NCBI GenBank assembly: GCA_032718475.1
Contig: JAUCBJ010004794.1
Location: 1-59,286, forward strand
Source of the DNA: Nemertoderma westbladi
Taxonomy: Eukaryota > Animalia > Xenacoelomorpha
DNA: 59,286 nt
Reading direction: 5' to 3'
Part shown: positions 23,941-36,294 of the stretch, piece after piece
How positions within the stretch are numbered: position 1 is the first letter of the stretch
Layout: the number at the start of each line of letters is the position of its first letter
Notes under the pieces: generated by a model
The model's database searches: none
What the model saw: only the letters and a program-made list of their open reading frames with translations
Told to the model about the DNA's origin: nothing
Made by a program: the position numbers and the translations under genes

Positions 23941-24368
23941 GGGTCCTACGAATTACCCCAAAATACCCCAAAACACCCCAAAGTACTCCAAAATACCCCA
24001 AAATAGTCAAAAATTACCCCAAAATACCACAAAAAGGCTAAAAAATTACCCCAAAATACCCCAAAATAAGCTAACAATGTTTTTTAACAGCGAGGGAAAG
24101 GAGCAGGTTACAGTGGCAAGTTTTTTTTAACCAAAACAATAAACGAGAGTGAAGAAAAATTTTTTAATTATTTTGGGGTAATTCGTCATTTTGCCAAATT
24201 TTGGGGTAAATTAAATTTCCAAAACAAAGGCTCAAAAAAAGTATTTTGGGGTAATTCTAAACTATTTTGGGGTATTTTGGGGTAATTATAAACTATTTTG
24301 GGGTAGTTTTATACTATTTTGGGGTCTTTTGGGGTATTTTGGGGTAATTCGTACAGGTCGTAGGACCG
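23941..24368. mobile_element. Foldback MITE with TACCCCAAAA arrays, 8-bp TSD TGGCGAAT
   Basis: Ends gggtcctacgaattacccc / ggggtaattcgt..cgtaggaccg; duplication at 23933-23940 and 24369-24376. Confidence 0.85.
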
Positions 24369-24738
24369 TGGCGAATTAATATCCCGCATCAATGTTAAAT
24401 TCAAAATTTAGGGAAAGGAGCAGGTTACAGTGGCACGATATTTTAACCAAAACAATAAACTAAACACAATAGAACAGGTACCGGTAACTGTTTTATTATT
24501 GAGAGTAATCATCTGTTATTTGCGTCCAATTTCCCCTGGCTGCCTGGAGAGGGGTGAATTTTTATTGTGTCCAGTTTTCCCCTCTATCTGTATGTTCGAG
24601 CATGTGGACAACTTCTGTTACCTGAGGTCATGGATCCGGAAGTCAAATGAGGACCTTCGAAATTCGAATACGTAAGGGAAAGGCATGGTCAGCCTTGAAT
24701 GGGCTTTCTAGGATTTCGAAGTCATATAGACAGATAGA

Positions 24739-27403
24739 CAGTCAGGGAGATCATCAAATTTGAGAATACCTCAAATTTCAAATTATAGACCCAATTTTGA
24801 AATTACCTCAAATTTAATACAAGGTTAGGTTAATTCTCTAAATTTAAGTTATACCCCAAATTTGAATTTCATAGCAGCATAGTCAGATACAGACAGAAGT
24901 CATAGTTGCCCTAGTTCAGTAGTTGTTAGGTTGTTACTGTATTGCAAAGGTAAAAAAATAAACTGATGTAGGCCTAGGGCAGTGTCTGAGTGTTGTGAAA
25001 TATAATATTTAAAACATATTCAGTATTAGTTTAAAAAGGCTTATACTTAAAAAGGCTACTGGTCGGGGTGCAGTGGGGTGGCTGATCAGATGGTAGACAT
25101 ATAAAACGAAGTACAGAGCTTAAAGAACTTATATTTTTATATTGTTACTTTTTTGCTTGAATATGCCCTAAAATCGGGAGAAAAAGTAGTAGGCCTACTT
25201 TTTTTCCCCACTAGTAGGGAAAAAGTTGTCCCCATAATATCTGAATATTGTAACTTTTTGTTGGGCACAGCTTTTGCAAAGTCGGCAACACAGCAACCTG
25301 CAATAATATTGAATAATATTGCCACATAATAATGCACCATAGAGCCATAATTTTGCATTGATTTTACTTTTTCTCCCGGTAAAAAAAGTAAAATAAAACA
25401 TTGGCACTTGTGTCAAATAGGGCTGTAGGAGACCCTCCTAGCTCCTATTCTGCTAATCCTGAAATCACCAAAACTAAAGTCACTTTCACTAGTGTCCGGT
25501 TACAGGGTTAGCAAAGAAGCAGGTTACAGAGGTCAGTTGAAAGTAACCAAAAAACAATAAACAAGAGTTAGGAATATTGATATCACCTGCACTAAATTTC
25601 AGCATTAGCTGGTGATTTCAGGATTAGCAGATTAGGAGGGTCACCTATTTGATTTGACACAAGTGCCAAAATATTTTTGGTGGAATTTCTAAAATTTCAT
25701 TGAAAGTGTTGATCAAAATTTTTGATCGAAATGTATATGTACAATCATTTCGTAATGTTAAAATTTTGGAATAAAAAGCAAAATCCATCCCTACACACTA
25801 TCGACTATTGCAATGCAACTTTAGTGCCTGCAAGGTTTACTCCAGAAATGAGATAAAGCCTCGAGAATAGGTTGGTGAAAAAGGTTATACTTTTTGCCCA
25901 AGTTATAAATGATTCTGGTTCCTCATAAGGTCAATTTATAAGGATGTATGTATGTATAGTAGGCCTATAAACAAACAGTCACTTAGATTTCTAAAACATT
26001 TCAGATGTCTTGATAAGAAAGCAGAGTCTAAAGACTGTTTAAAAGACTAGCGATTAGTGATGAGATGATGATGTTTCTACTGTGTTCCAGGTCCAGCATG
26101 TTCCATATTATGTTAATGACCCTGATAAAGAAGAGGTGATGTATGGAACATGCAGACCAAGACATGGCATGGCAGCATGGGCAGATGGGCGGGGCTTGGC
26201 CTTTGCTTCATAATTTTATATATAATATATGGCCAGGTCATGATTGCATTGGATGTCTGGCTGGGATATTATGTTGCACATTGTTGTAATGGAGGATCAG
26301 GTTTAGATCTTTACATATAAGTTTAAAGCGCATTATCAAATTGAACTTTAATTGATGTATTATTGTATACTGCAGTAGGTGGTGGTTCCAACTTTAGAGT
26401 CTCCAGTTGCCAGTCATAGAAAATAACTAACAAAAGAATCAAGCCCACATATATTGTATAAACCAAGTCAACCTGTCAACCTTTGCGGCAACATTTGTCT
26501 GGGCTCTAAACTGATGGTACAGTATTCCAATTGACAGATAGAGCTAGGGCAGGCGAATATTACATAGGTCTTCAGGCTATCAGGAGAGGAATGGCTTCAT
26601 TTGATATACAAAGTTTTAAAGAGGACATCAACAACCAGAAAACATATTTTTTTCCGAAGATGTGTGATATGAGTGATGAACAGAACAGATGAATGCCAGA
26701 ATATGTAAACTTCCAAATTCTGGAATTGATTCAACATCCACAAGATATAGTAGGTCTTCCTTAGTCTGTGACTGTGCAGCTGTGTGAGCTTGAATCTCGC
26801 AACAGTGAGGATTTGGTCTACTGTTCTTCTTACCAACAGTAAGGCTGTTGTAAGGATAGCGAATTTCTCTAGTCTTCTGCATTTTTCTCACCAATCACTA
26901 ACGGAGTTAACAATCATTAAAGTTATTGACTGTAAGTTACTGTGCTGTAAGGTTTAAGCCTACCCTGCATACATGTCATGTCACAGGTTACACTGGTCAC
27001 CCATTCTCACCAAGCTGTTTAGGAACTAAGCAGCAAAGCCTACTGCTACACCCTACTGCTGACAGGCTGGTGATGTTGTGTGTTGTAAAGGCTGGCGAAA
27101 TTTGAGGTTTTGTCTCAAATTTGAGGTTTAACCTCAAATTTCAATTTTCGCCCCCAATAAAAGCATGTTTGCATCGGTGAAATATATTATTGCATCGATA
27201 AAAGTTCTTATTTTACATTATATTTTAACATATTAAAAGTAGAAGTTGCTCCAATAGTTTCCCTAAGTCGCAGCAACACTCGATATTATGAGCCTAAAAA
27301 TACCTCAAATTTGAACAAAAAACCCCAATTTTCGACAGTCTATTAGTCTATTACCAGAATTCGAAATTTGGGGTAACCCCAAAATTGATGATCTCCCTGA
27401 CTG
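24739..27403. mobile_element. Non-autonomous DNA transposon, TIR CAGTCAGGGAGATCATCAA, 5-bp TSD ATAGA
   Basis: TIR at both ends, subterminal cctcaaattt repeats, ATAGA at 24734-24738 and 27404-27408. Confidence 0.9.
25401..25668. mobile_element. Nested palindromic MITE
   Basis: ttggcacttgtgtcaaat..tctgctaatcctgaaatcacca at left, mirrored by tggtgatttcaggattagcaga..atttgacacaagtgccaa at right. Confidence 0.75.
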
Positions 27404-28040
27404 ATAGAGTTAAGGTCCGATTATTTAGAGCAGCAGTAGTTCCCGTACTCCTCTATGGGAGTCCATGCTGAGCTCTAACTGCTGAGGACGCCAAATCTCT
27501 GGATGGCACATTCACAATAATGCTACGCCGGGTTCATTGTGTCAAGGGCAATGCACACATCTCCAACCAGACACTATATAACATTGGAGATAGATGTCTC
27601 ATTGTTTCCCCCAAGCTTGACACTATAACAAAGTCGCCTCCGCTTTGCAGGACATTGCTTTCGCCGTGAGGACCAGCCAGTGCCTAATCATGTGCTTTGG
27701 CAGCCTCATGGAGTGAATAATAAGCATGGTGGACAACCCATGACTTTCTTGAGACGCATGTTAAAGGACACCAGCATTGAAGATGCGGATGATCTAGCAA
27801 ATGTCATGGCATGGGTGATAGGGAGTTGTGGTGGCGCAATTTTGTCGACAAGCGACCTGCAGCTGCAATGCAGCATGCCGATCCTAGTAGTAGTAGTAGT
27901 AGATCTGATATTGATATCATCAGAGTGACTGTAGTTAGTTGTTGTAGGAGATACATGCCACAGTCTTGCTACCACCTGTACTTCTAAAATGTCCTGTTAA
28001 TAATATGTACTTTGTACGATATATTGTGTATTATTATATT

Positions 28041-28250
28041 ATCATTAGAACCACCTATTGCAAGCGCTTTCTTATTGGTTGAATATTCAATATTTTAATC
28101 GTCCAATTAGAGAGTCAGAAACTTCTCGAGATTAGGATGTTGTAACACAGGAGGCAGAACATCATAATTTCAAGCGTTTCTGATTGGATGACTGAAATAT
28201 TTAATTATTCTACCAATAAGAAGGCGCTTGAATTAGGAGGTTCCAATGAC
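28041..28250. repeat. Imperfect ~210-bp palindrome (MITE-like) containing CCAAT/ATTGG boxes upstream of TOP2
   Basis: tcattagaacc.cct..caagcgc.ttcttattggt is mirrored by accaataagaaggcgcttg..aggttccaatga. Confidence 0.65.
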
Positions 28251-29036
28251 ACTAATAAAATGCATTGTTTTGTTTTATGCATTGTCAGATTGTTATTGTT
28301 TTGTTTTTACATACATACATACATAATAACAATGACCGAACGTAATCAGGATCGAATGTAACATATTTATTACGTATCGAACGTAACTGCTATTATGTTA
28401 CACTGGAACCTATAACTATGTTACATTCCATCTACAAATTACTAAGCTCGAATGTATCATTGCCATTTACAGATTTAAAGGAGCAGATTACAGAGGCGTG
28501 TTGGGGGAACCAAAACAATAAACGAAAGTTAACACATGTTACAAGATTATGCAGGTTACTTTTATTTAAAAGCTGAAAGGAGCAGGTTACAGCTTACAGA
28601 GGCGTGTTGGGGGAACCATAACAATAAACGAAAGTTAACACATGTTACAAGATTATGCAGGTTACTTAATTGGGTCTTGGGTCTTTGTTTTGTACTCACC
28701 AACACCAAACTGTTTCTTCCTGTAAATAAACGAAGCATTTCATCGGTTAACTCCTGAAATCAAATTATTCCCTTACAGTTTCTAAATTACTGTCACTCTG
28801 TCTATCTACCCAAATCCCTCCAAGAATTGCGAAGAGCTGGTTGCATTTTACCCTCACTATCGTGGATTCTTACAGTCTTACTTGTCAGTAATTGTGTAAA
28901 TTTGGACGACAAGTAATCTCAAATTTTTTATTTGATCTATATTCTATATTTAATCTTAGTTATACTCGTAGCCTAATATATAATAGCTTAATTATTTATT
29001 ATTGCGTACTATAATAATGGCATTACAGTATAGTTG

Positions 29037-32000
29037 ATGTATCGATATTTACAAAGTGTGCGACATGTAAGAGAAAAGAACATCAGCAATCACCATCAAC
29101 CAGCTCACTGTTTCAGATTTGCACATCCAGGTATCATTGTCAGAGGTTCTGCAACCACTAGTTTCAATAGACTATTTTGCCTAACTGCTGGGGCATTAGG
29201 ATTTAAACACAGCTGTCTTACAAATTATAATTTGGGTTATTTTACCCACCTGCACAACAGAGCAATAACTACTGGTAATATGGATAACCTAATGGATAGC
29301 GATAGTGACAGCATCACAGGAGAGTCTACAGTTAAAAAGAAGGTTATTAAGAAACCGGAAGCTTCAATGCCTTGTACCGCAAATAAACGGTTATCTATCG
29401 AGAGAATTTATCAGAAGAAGACCCAACTTGAACATATATTGCTGAGACCTGATACTTATATTGGTTCTGTAGAAACGGTAACTCAGCCAATGTGGATTCA
29501 TGATGGCGGAAAACTGCGTCTTAAAGAAGTTTCTTTTGTCCCCGGTTTGTACAAAATATTTGATGAGATTCTTGTAAATGCTGCTGATAATAAGGTTCGA
29601 GATTCCAACATGAGTCATATAAAGGTGGTCATAGAACCTGAAAACAATTTAATCAGTGTTTGGAACAATGGCAGGGGAATTCCTATACAGATACACAAAA
29701 CCGAGAAAATGTATGTTCCCACCATGATTTTCGGTCATTTGCTGACCTCCAGCAACTTTGATGACGACCAGAAGAAGGTAACTGGTGGAAGAAACGGTTA
29801 TGGAGCTAAATTATGTAACATTTTCTCTAAACGTTTTATCTTGGAGACGGGAAATAAAGAAGAAGATGGTGCGAAGATATTTAAACAAGAATGGAAAGAT
29901 AATATGACTCAAACAAAAGATCCTGTTGTGAAATCCGGAAGGGATAATTTTACAAGTGTTACCTTCTACCCGGATTTAGAAAAGTTTCATTTATCACGGC
30001 TCGAGGATGATTTTGTTGGAATGGTTCGTCGACGTGCCTACGATGTTGCTGCTACTACTCAGGGTAAAGTGAACGTTACTTTCAATGGAGAACGAATACC
30101 TGTGAAGAACTTTAAGGAGTATGTGGAGCTGTACATTAAAGCAGTTCATCAGGATGAAGATGGTGAAGAAATTCCTCTTGTTTATGAAAAAATAAACGAA
30201 AGATGGGAGATAGCACTGACATTCAGTGAAAAAGGTTTCCAACAGGTTAGCTTTGTTAATTCCATAGCAACAACGAGTGGTGGTCGGCACATTGATTATG
30301 TTGTGGAAAAACTTACTGAGAAAATTATTGTTGCAGTTAAAAAACAAAAGAAGAACAGCCAAGTTAAACCATTTCAAGTTAAAAGTCATTTGTGGATTTT
30401 TGTGAATTGCCTAATTGAAAATCCCACATTCGATTCTCAGACTAAGGAAAATATGACTTTAGTTGCCAAGAAATTCGGTTCCCAAGTGAATTTATCTGAT
30501 AAATTCCTAAAGAAAGTGTCACAGATGGGAATCGTTGAGAGAGTAGTTAATTGGATGAATCTTAAAGAAGCAGCGGTATTAAATAAGAAATCGGGAACCA
30601 AGAAAACAAAACTAAAAGGAATAGCGAAGTTAGATGACGCCAATGAAGCCGGGGGTAAAAACAGTCGAGATTGCACATTAATATTAACTGAAGGAGATTC
30701 GGCCAAAGCCTTGGCAGTTAGTGGGTTGGGGGTTATTGGACGTGATTTATATGGAGTTTATCCGCTCCGTGGCAAAGTTCTCAATGTCCGTGATGCAGCC
30801 ACATCCGCAATATCTGCCAATAAGGAAATTCAAGATCTGGTGAAGATTCTCGGCTTAAAGTTCCCCTTCAAGTATCGTGATGAGTCTGAATTAAAGTCTC
30901 TGAGATACGGAAAGTTGATGATAATGACGGATCAGGACACAGACGGATCCCATATTAAGGGACTCATTATTAACTTCATTCATTATCATTGGCCGGAATT
31001 AGTTCGTTCTAAGTTTATCCAACAGTTTATTACACCGATAGTGAAAGTATCTAAAGGCAGTGAAGTAAAATCATTGTACAGTATCCCAGAGTTTGATGAA
31101 TGGAGAGAGGCGACCCCAAATGCTTCGTCTTATAAAGTTAAATATTACAAAGGTTTGGGTACATCGACAATGAAAGAAGCCAAAGAATATTTTACCGATA
31201 TGGCTCGCCATCGTGTAAGTTTTGTTTACCATGGAGATGAGGACGATGAAGCGATCCGATTAGCGTTCGCCAAGGAGCGAGCTGATGATCGTAAAGGTTG
31301 GCTCACCGACTTCCATACTGAACGCAATGAACGTCGACTCCAAGGTCTACCAGATATTTACCTCTACCACGCTAACACACGTAGCGTTAGTTACAAGGAG
31401 TTTATTGACAAGGAATTAATACTTTTCTCAAATGCGGATTGCGAAAGATCGATCCCAAACGTTATGGATGGATTGAAGCCGGGGCAACGCAAAGTTATAT
31501 TCGCATGTTTAAAGCGTGGTCTTGATAAGAAAGAAATCAAAGTAGCTCAATTGGCTGGTAGTGTAGCTGAGTTATCCGCCTATCACCATGGCGAAATGAG
31601 TCTCATGTCAACGATTATTTCTCTGGCTCAGGACTTTATTGGTTCCAATAATATAAACCTCCTGCAGCCCCATGGTCAATTTGGTACTCGTCTTCAAGGA
31701 GGTAAAGACGCTGCTTCACCTCGTTACATCTTCACCCAACTGAGTCCGTTGGCTCGTCATTTATTCTCTTTGAAAGACGACCCCTTGTTGGCCTACTTGA
31801 AGGACGATAACTTAAAGATAGAACCCATTTGGTATTGCCCGATAATCCCCTTGGTTCTAGTGAATGGAAGCGATGGAATCGGTACAGGTTGGTCGACAAA
31901 GATCCTCAACCACGATGTTCGAGACGTGGTTGATAATATCCGTCGGATGTTGAATGATGAGGAACCCCAACCAATGATGCCAAGTTACCGCAACTTCCAG

Positions 32001-33980
32001 GGTGTCATAGAGGAGTTCCAACCCAATCGATTTGTGGTTCATGGTAAAGCGTCCATCCTAGATGAGTCAAACACATTAGAGATATCTGAACTTCCTCTAC
32101 GCTCCTGGACACAATCATACAAAGAGAATAATTTGGAACCGCTTTATAACGGTACTGAGAAGGTGCCTGCAACAGTTTCTGAGTATAAAGAGTATCATAC
32201 GGATACAACGGTTCGCTTCCTCGTCAATATGACTAAATCCAACCAACTACAAGAGCTAGAAGAATCCGGACAGTTATACAAATACTTTAAACTAACTACA
32301 ACGTTTAGTCACAACTCGATGGTTCTCTATGACCATAACGGAATCATTACTCGATATTCTTCAACTATCGATATCTTAAAGGAGTTTTACCATGTTCGTT
32401 TTGATTTTTACCGCAAGAGAAAAGAATATCTTGAAGGGTTTCTAGAAGCTGAGGCCAATAAACTGTCTGCTCAGGCAAAGTTCGTCTTGGAGAAAATAAC
32501 AGGGGAGATTCGGGTGGAAGATTTTAAAAAAGTTGATATATTGAAAAAGTTGATAACTCGAGGTTATCCATCGGACCCTGTAAAGGTTTGGAAAGATAAA
32601 GTGTCTGCTGGTGATAATGATGATGATGAAGAAGAGAACATCGAAAATGAGGAGGACGTTAAAACAACTGGGGCGGATTATGATTACCTATTGGGGATGA
32701 AGTTGTGGAGTTTGACCCGAGAAAGAAAGGAAGAATTGCTCAAACAGAAGGACAATAAACTAATGGAACTAAAGACGCTAAAAGGGAAGACATTGAAAGA
32801 TCTGTGGACGGAAGATCTCGATGGGTTTATGGCTGAGTTGGAAAAACTAGAAGCAAAAGAGCGCGAGGAGGCTTCGCCAAGTAAAGTCGCTAAGAGCTCT
32901 AATATATTGAAATCAAGTAAAGCGAAGCGAGCTCTTGAGAATACTAAGCCAGATAAATTGGGTCGCTTTGTGGAACCAAAGTTTGAGATTCCAAAAACCG
33001 CAGAAGCTGGTCCTAAAGTTCCTAAGAAGAAAAAGGAAGTTGTGAAGGTAGAGAAAGGGGTTAAGAAGGACCCGCCCACACCATCTCTCAAAGAACGCCT
33101 GTTGGCAAAGGGAATTGAGTTAAATGGTAAAGGAGATGTTCCGAAGAATTCAACTCAAAGTAAACTTACTTTCTTTAAAAAAGTTAAAGACGAGAGCGAT
33201 GATGTTAGTTTTGTGGATGAAGCCGCAGCTGAACCTATCCCTCCTAGAGAGCGTGGTAACCAGCGTAGGGCTGCGGCTGCTGTTAAGTACAACTTTAGTG
33301 AAGACGAAGAGGATGACGACTACTCTACAAGCAAGAATAATCGCAATTACGTAATTGATGGCGACAGCGATGAAGACTACGATGTAAATGTTGTCAAGGA
33401 TAGCCGACCTTCATCTCTTGATAACCAGCCAGGAGTTTCATCTAGTCGAAACGTTCATGATGCTGAAGATTTTAATGGAATTAATGATCTTGTTAATGAT
33501 GATGATGATGATGACGACATTGTAGAACCTTCCCCACCCCCCAAGCCTAAAGCTAAACCAGCCAATAAGGTTGCTTCTAAAAAAGAGACTAATTTAAAAG
33601 CTACTATCAGTAAACCGAAGCCCAGTAAGCAACCTAAACAAACAAAGAAGAAAGTAGATAAACCCGCCGATCCCAAACAGCCGTCCATTTTTTCTGCTTT
33701 CGATCGAATGATTTCGGACGGCGATGAACTTGAAGTTAATGTCGCAACTAAACAGAAACATAAATCGAAAGTTCCCGCACCTAAATACGGCGGTGATTCT
33801 GACAGCGACGATTCTGATTTCCGGCCCCAATTAAAAAAACGCCGGAAGGATGATTCCGATTCGGATTTTATTCCGGGTGGTTCTCCGACTAAAGTTTCAC
33901 CGATCGCGAAACCGAGCAATAAAAGGCAACGAGCGCAGCCTAAATACTACAAACTCGATTCGGATAGCGACGACTTTTGA
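29037..33980 (+). CDS. TOP2: DNA topoisomerase II (type IIA), full length, intronless
   Basis: GHKL motifs EILVNAADN and GGRNGYGAK; TOPRIM EGDSA, PLRGK, DQDTDG; catalytic ASPRY; C-gate and charged CTD in one 4.9-kb ORF. ATGs at 29037 and 29280. Confidence 0.98.
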   Translation: MYRYLQSVRHVREKNISNHHQPAHCFRFAHPGIIVRGSATTSFNRLFCLTAGALGFKHSCLTNYNLGYFTHLHNRAITTGNMDNLMDSDSDSITGESTVKKKVIKKPEASMPCTANKRLSIERIYQKKTQLEHILLRPDTYIGSVETVTQPMWIHDGGKLRLKEVSFVPGLYKIFDEILVNAADNKVRDSNMSHIKVVIEPENNLISVWNNGRGIPIQIHKTEKMYVPTMIFGHLLTSSNFDDDQKKVTGGRNGYGAKLCNIFSKRFILETGNKEEDGAKIFKQEWKDNMTQTKDPVVKSGRDNFTSVTFYPDLEKFHLSRLEDDFVGMVRRRAYDVAATTQGKVNVTFNGERIPVKNFKEYVELYIKAVHQDEDGEEIPLVYEKINERWEIALTFSEKGFQQVSFVNSIATTSGGRHIDYVVEKLTEKIIVAVKKQKKNSQVKPFQVKSHLWIFVNCLIENPTFDSQTKENMTLVAKKFGSQVNLSDKFLKKVSQMGIVERVVNWMNLKEAAVLNKKSGTKKTKLKGIAKLDDANEAGGKNSRDCTLILTEGDSAKALAVSGLGVIGRDLYGVYPLRGKVLNVRDAATSAISANKEIQDLVKILGLKFPFKYRDESELKSLRYGKLMIMTDQDTDGSHIKGLIINFIHYHWPELVRSKFIQQFITPIVKVSKGSEVKSLYSIPEFDEWREATPNASSYKVKYYKGLGTSTMKEAKEYFTDMARHRVSFVYHGDEDDEAIRLAFAKERADDRKGWLTDFHTERNERRLQGLPDIYLYHANTRSVSYKEFIDKELILFSNADCERSIPNVMDGLKPGQRKVIFACLKRGLDKKEIKVAQLAGSVAELSAYHHGEMSLMSTIISLAQDFIGSNNINLLQPHGQFGTRLQGGKDAASPRYIFTQLSPLARHLFSLKDDPLLAYLKDDNLKIEPIWYCPIIPLVLVNGSDGIGTGWSTKILNHDVRDVVDNIRRMLNDEEPQPMMPSYRNFQGVIEEFQPNRFVVHGKASILDESNTLEISELPLRSWTQSYKENNLEPLYNGTEKVPATVSEYKEYHTDTTVRFLVNMTKSNQLQELEESGQLYKYFKLTTTFSHNSMVLYDHNGIITRYSSTIDILKEFYHVRFDFYRKRKEYLEGFLEAEANKLSAQAKFVLEKITGEIRVEDFKKVDILKKLITRGYPSDPVKVWKDKVSAGDNDDDEEENIENEEDVKTTGADYDYLLGMKLWSLTRERKEELLKQKDNKLMELKTLKGKTLKDLWTEDLDGFMAELEKLEAKEREEASPSKVAKSSNILKSSKAKRALENTKPDKLGRFVEPKFEIPKTAEAGPKVPKKKKEVVKVEKGVKKDPPTPSLKERLLAKGIELNGKGDVPKNSTQSKLTFFKKVKDESDDVSFVDEAAAEPIPPRERGNQRRAAAAVKYNFSEDEEDDDYSTSKNNRNYVIDGDSDEDYDVNVVKDSRPSSLDNQPGVSSSRNVHDAEDFNGINDLVNDDDDDDDIVEPSPPPKPKAKPANKVASKKETNLKATISKPKPSKQPKQTKKKVDKPADPKQPSIFSAFDRMISDGDELEVNVATKQKHKSKVPAPKYGGDSDSDDSDFRPQLKKRRKDDSDSDFIPGGSPTKVSPIAKPSNKRQRAQPKYYKLDSDSDDF

Positions 33981-34619
33981 ATCAACTGTGGTAGTTTACT
34001 TTTAAGGCCAAACTAATATCAACCAAAAACGTCGTGATCATATATAACCTTCTGCATTTCGTAAGGATTTCAATTAATTATATCGTATTAAATACATTAT
34101 TACTGTATATCTTATAAATTTTTTTTAGGGTCAAGTGTCATTTAATATATCATTCGAAATATTATTTAATCTAAATATACATAATTATAAAAATGTCAGC
34201 TATGTCATATCAAAGTTATACAAACATTAATTTATATAAGCCTAAATATCTATAATACTTACATGTATTTTATTCACAAAAATTCAAAGTAAAAGATTGT
34301 AGTTCTTAATATTAAGATTAATTTAAAACTTACACAGCATTTGGGTAAAATATTAATATGATATAATAAAAAAATAATAAAATAAATTAATAAATATCAG
34401 TAGGCTAAAGGTAAGTGGAGTCACGCAGACCCGCCCCATCGCCATCGCCAACGCCATATCTTTTCAATACATTACATTATTACTGTTTATTGTTAATTTT
34501 CACATATTGCTACGGAAACTAGGTAAAATTATAATCGTATAATTTTAAAATAATGTTTCTATAAATGTTGTTTTTTCCTAAAATTATACTCTTCTTAGAA
34601 ATTGCTCTGATAAGGGATT

Positions 34620-35922
34620 CGGTACTACTATGTTATGGGTACCCACTTTTTGACCATTTATTTGACAATGTTAATGGCTATTATCTTGAGGTTTTTTGTT
34701 TTAGAACATTAATGTTATCTTCTGTTAGACGTTAGCTATTGTTTTTTTTTGTGGTAGCTAGTGATTTCTTTTAGGTAGCTACTGTTTTTAAAATTTCAAA
34801 ACCAAATTTTTGGTACCTAATTTTTGATAATTTTTTTTACCATATTATTTGATATTATCATGATGTTTTTCGTTCTAGAACATAAATTTCACCTTCTGAG
34901 AGAGGTTAGCTATTGTTTTTTATTATGGTAGCTAGTGTTTTTAAAGGTAGCTAGTGATCTTAAAATTACAAAATAATATTTTGGACCATGTTAATGGATA
35001 TTATCATGATGTTTTTCGTTCTAGAACATAAATTTCACCTTCTGAGAGAGGTTAGCTATTGTTTTTTATTATGGTGGCTAGTGTTTTTAAAAGTAGCTAG
35101 TGTTTTATGAAATAAACTTGTGATCTTAAAATTACAAAATAATATTTTGGACCATGTTAATGGATATTATCATGATGTTTTTCGTTCTAGAACATAAATT
35201 TCACCTTCTGAGAGAGGTTAGCTATTATTTTTTATTATGATAGCTAGATGGCTAGCTATAGTAGCTTTAGGTATATAGTGATCTTAAAATTACAAAAGAA
35301 ATTTTGTAGTGCCCCCTTTTATTTAGACAATTTCCATATCATCAATATATTCTCGAAATGACTAATAAAAAGATAAATAAATCTAGTAATAAGTAAAATA
35401 GGCCTAAATAAGTAAAATATGTAAATACTCTATTTTGACATCTGCCTATATTTTGTATAAAAAACTAGCTAGTGAAAAATTACTAGCTACTTTAACTATC
35501 AAATAATAATTACTAGCTACACCATGACTCATAAATTATTCCAAACAAATATATAATTGAGAATTAAATTACAGGTATATCTTACATTTACTACTGTAGC
35601 TAATAAATAGTACTAGCTAACACAAAATTAAAAGTACTAGCTACCATCTTACTGTCAGAAGGTCAAATATTTGTTCTAGATAAAAAATCCTCATAATAAA
35701 ATATATTTTTACAAGGAAAAAGTTGGTCAAATTTGTTTTCAATTTTTCAATTATACTTTTTTTCACTAGCTAATAAAAAGTACTAGCTAAAACACAAGAA
35801 TAAAATTACTAGCTACCATCGTACTGGCAGAAGGTTAAATATTTCAAAAACCTCATGATAAAAGCCGTTTTCATATGAAAAAATTTGTTTAAAAAGTGGG
35901 TACCCATAACATAGTAGTACCG
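34620..35922. mobile_element. Foldback DNA element with 32-bp TIR and internal inverted ~110-130 bp repeat arrays
   Basis: cggtactactatgttatgggtacccacttttt / aaaaagtgggtacccataacatagtagtaccg. Confidence 0.85.
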
Positions 35923-36294
35923 ATGATACTAGCTAGTAATTATTGATTGTACTTAATATATTTAAAGCATTGCTACGCAAGGTGGAACTGCGATGGAAGT
36001 AGCTAAACTTTTTAAAAAAATTTATAGCTAGTTTTTTTATTTTTATAAATGTTATAGAACACTTGTTAGCTATCAATTTTGATAAATATTTTTGTTCTAG
36101 AACACATTTTTTTTGTTCTAAAACATTTTCTGAAAAAAAAAATAGTATGGCTACAGCAAATTCTACTTACATACAACCCTTATTAAATATAAATCGTCAT
36201 TTTGACTGATTAGTATACCTCTAAGAACTGCAGTATTTTGAATCTAGAACTTATACTGTAGGCCTAACACACAAACCCTATTGTTTAGCCAATC

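Larger units (their letters stand above)
24590..27902 (+). mobile_element. RTE-like LINE 3' fragment interrupted by a DNA transposon, ending in (GTA)n
   Basis: FEHVDNFCYL.SWI..GKAWSAL before 24739. After 27408: KVRLFRAAV.PVLLYG, RLRFAGHCFR.EDQP, then a (gta)n tail at ~27885-27902. Confidence 0.8.

Noticed and set aside
19631-24130. ORFs such as 19631..19870, 23030..23407, 23600..24010 and 23915..24130
   Set aside because: Translations of minisatellite arms of MITEs; low complexity with no domain motifs.
25800-26900. Transposase remnant inside the 24739-27403 element
   Set aside because: Only short broken frames; no catalytic motif recognisable by eye.
29037-33980. TOP2 as Maverick cargo or giant-virus gene
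   Set aside because: It lies 15 kb outside the element beyond host TEs and has animal-type sequence with a long charged CTD.
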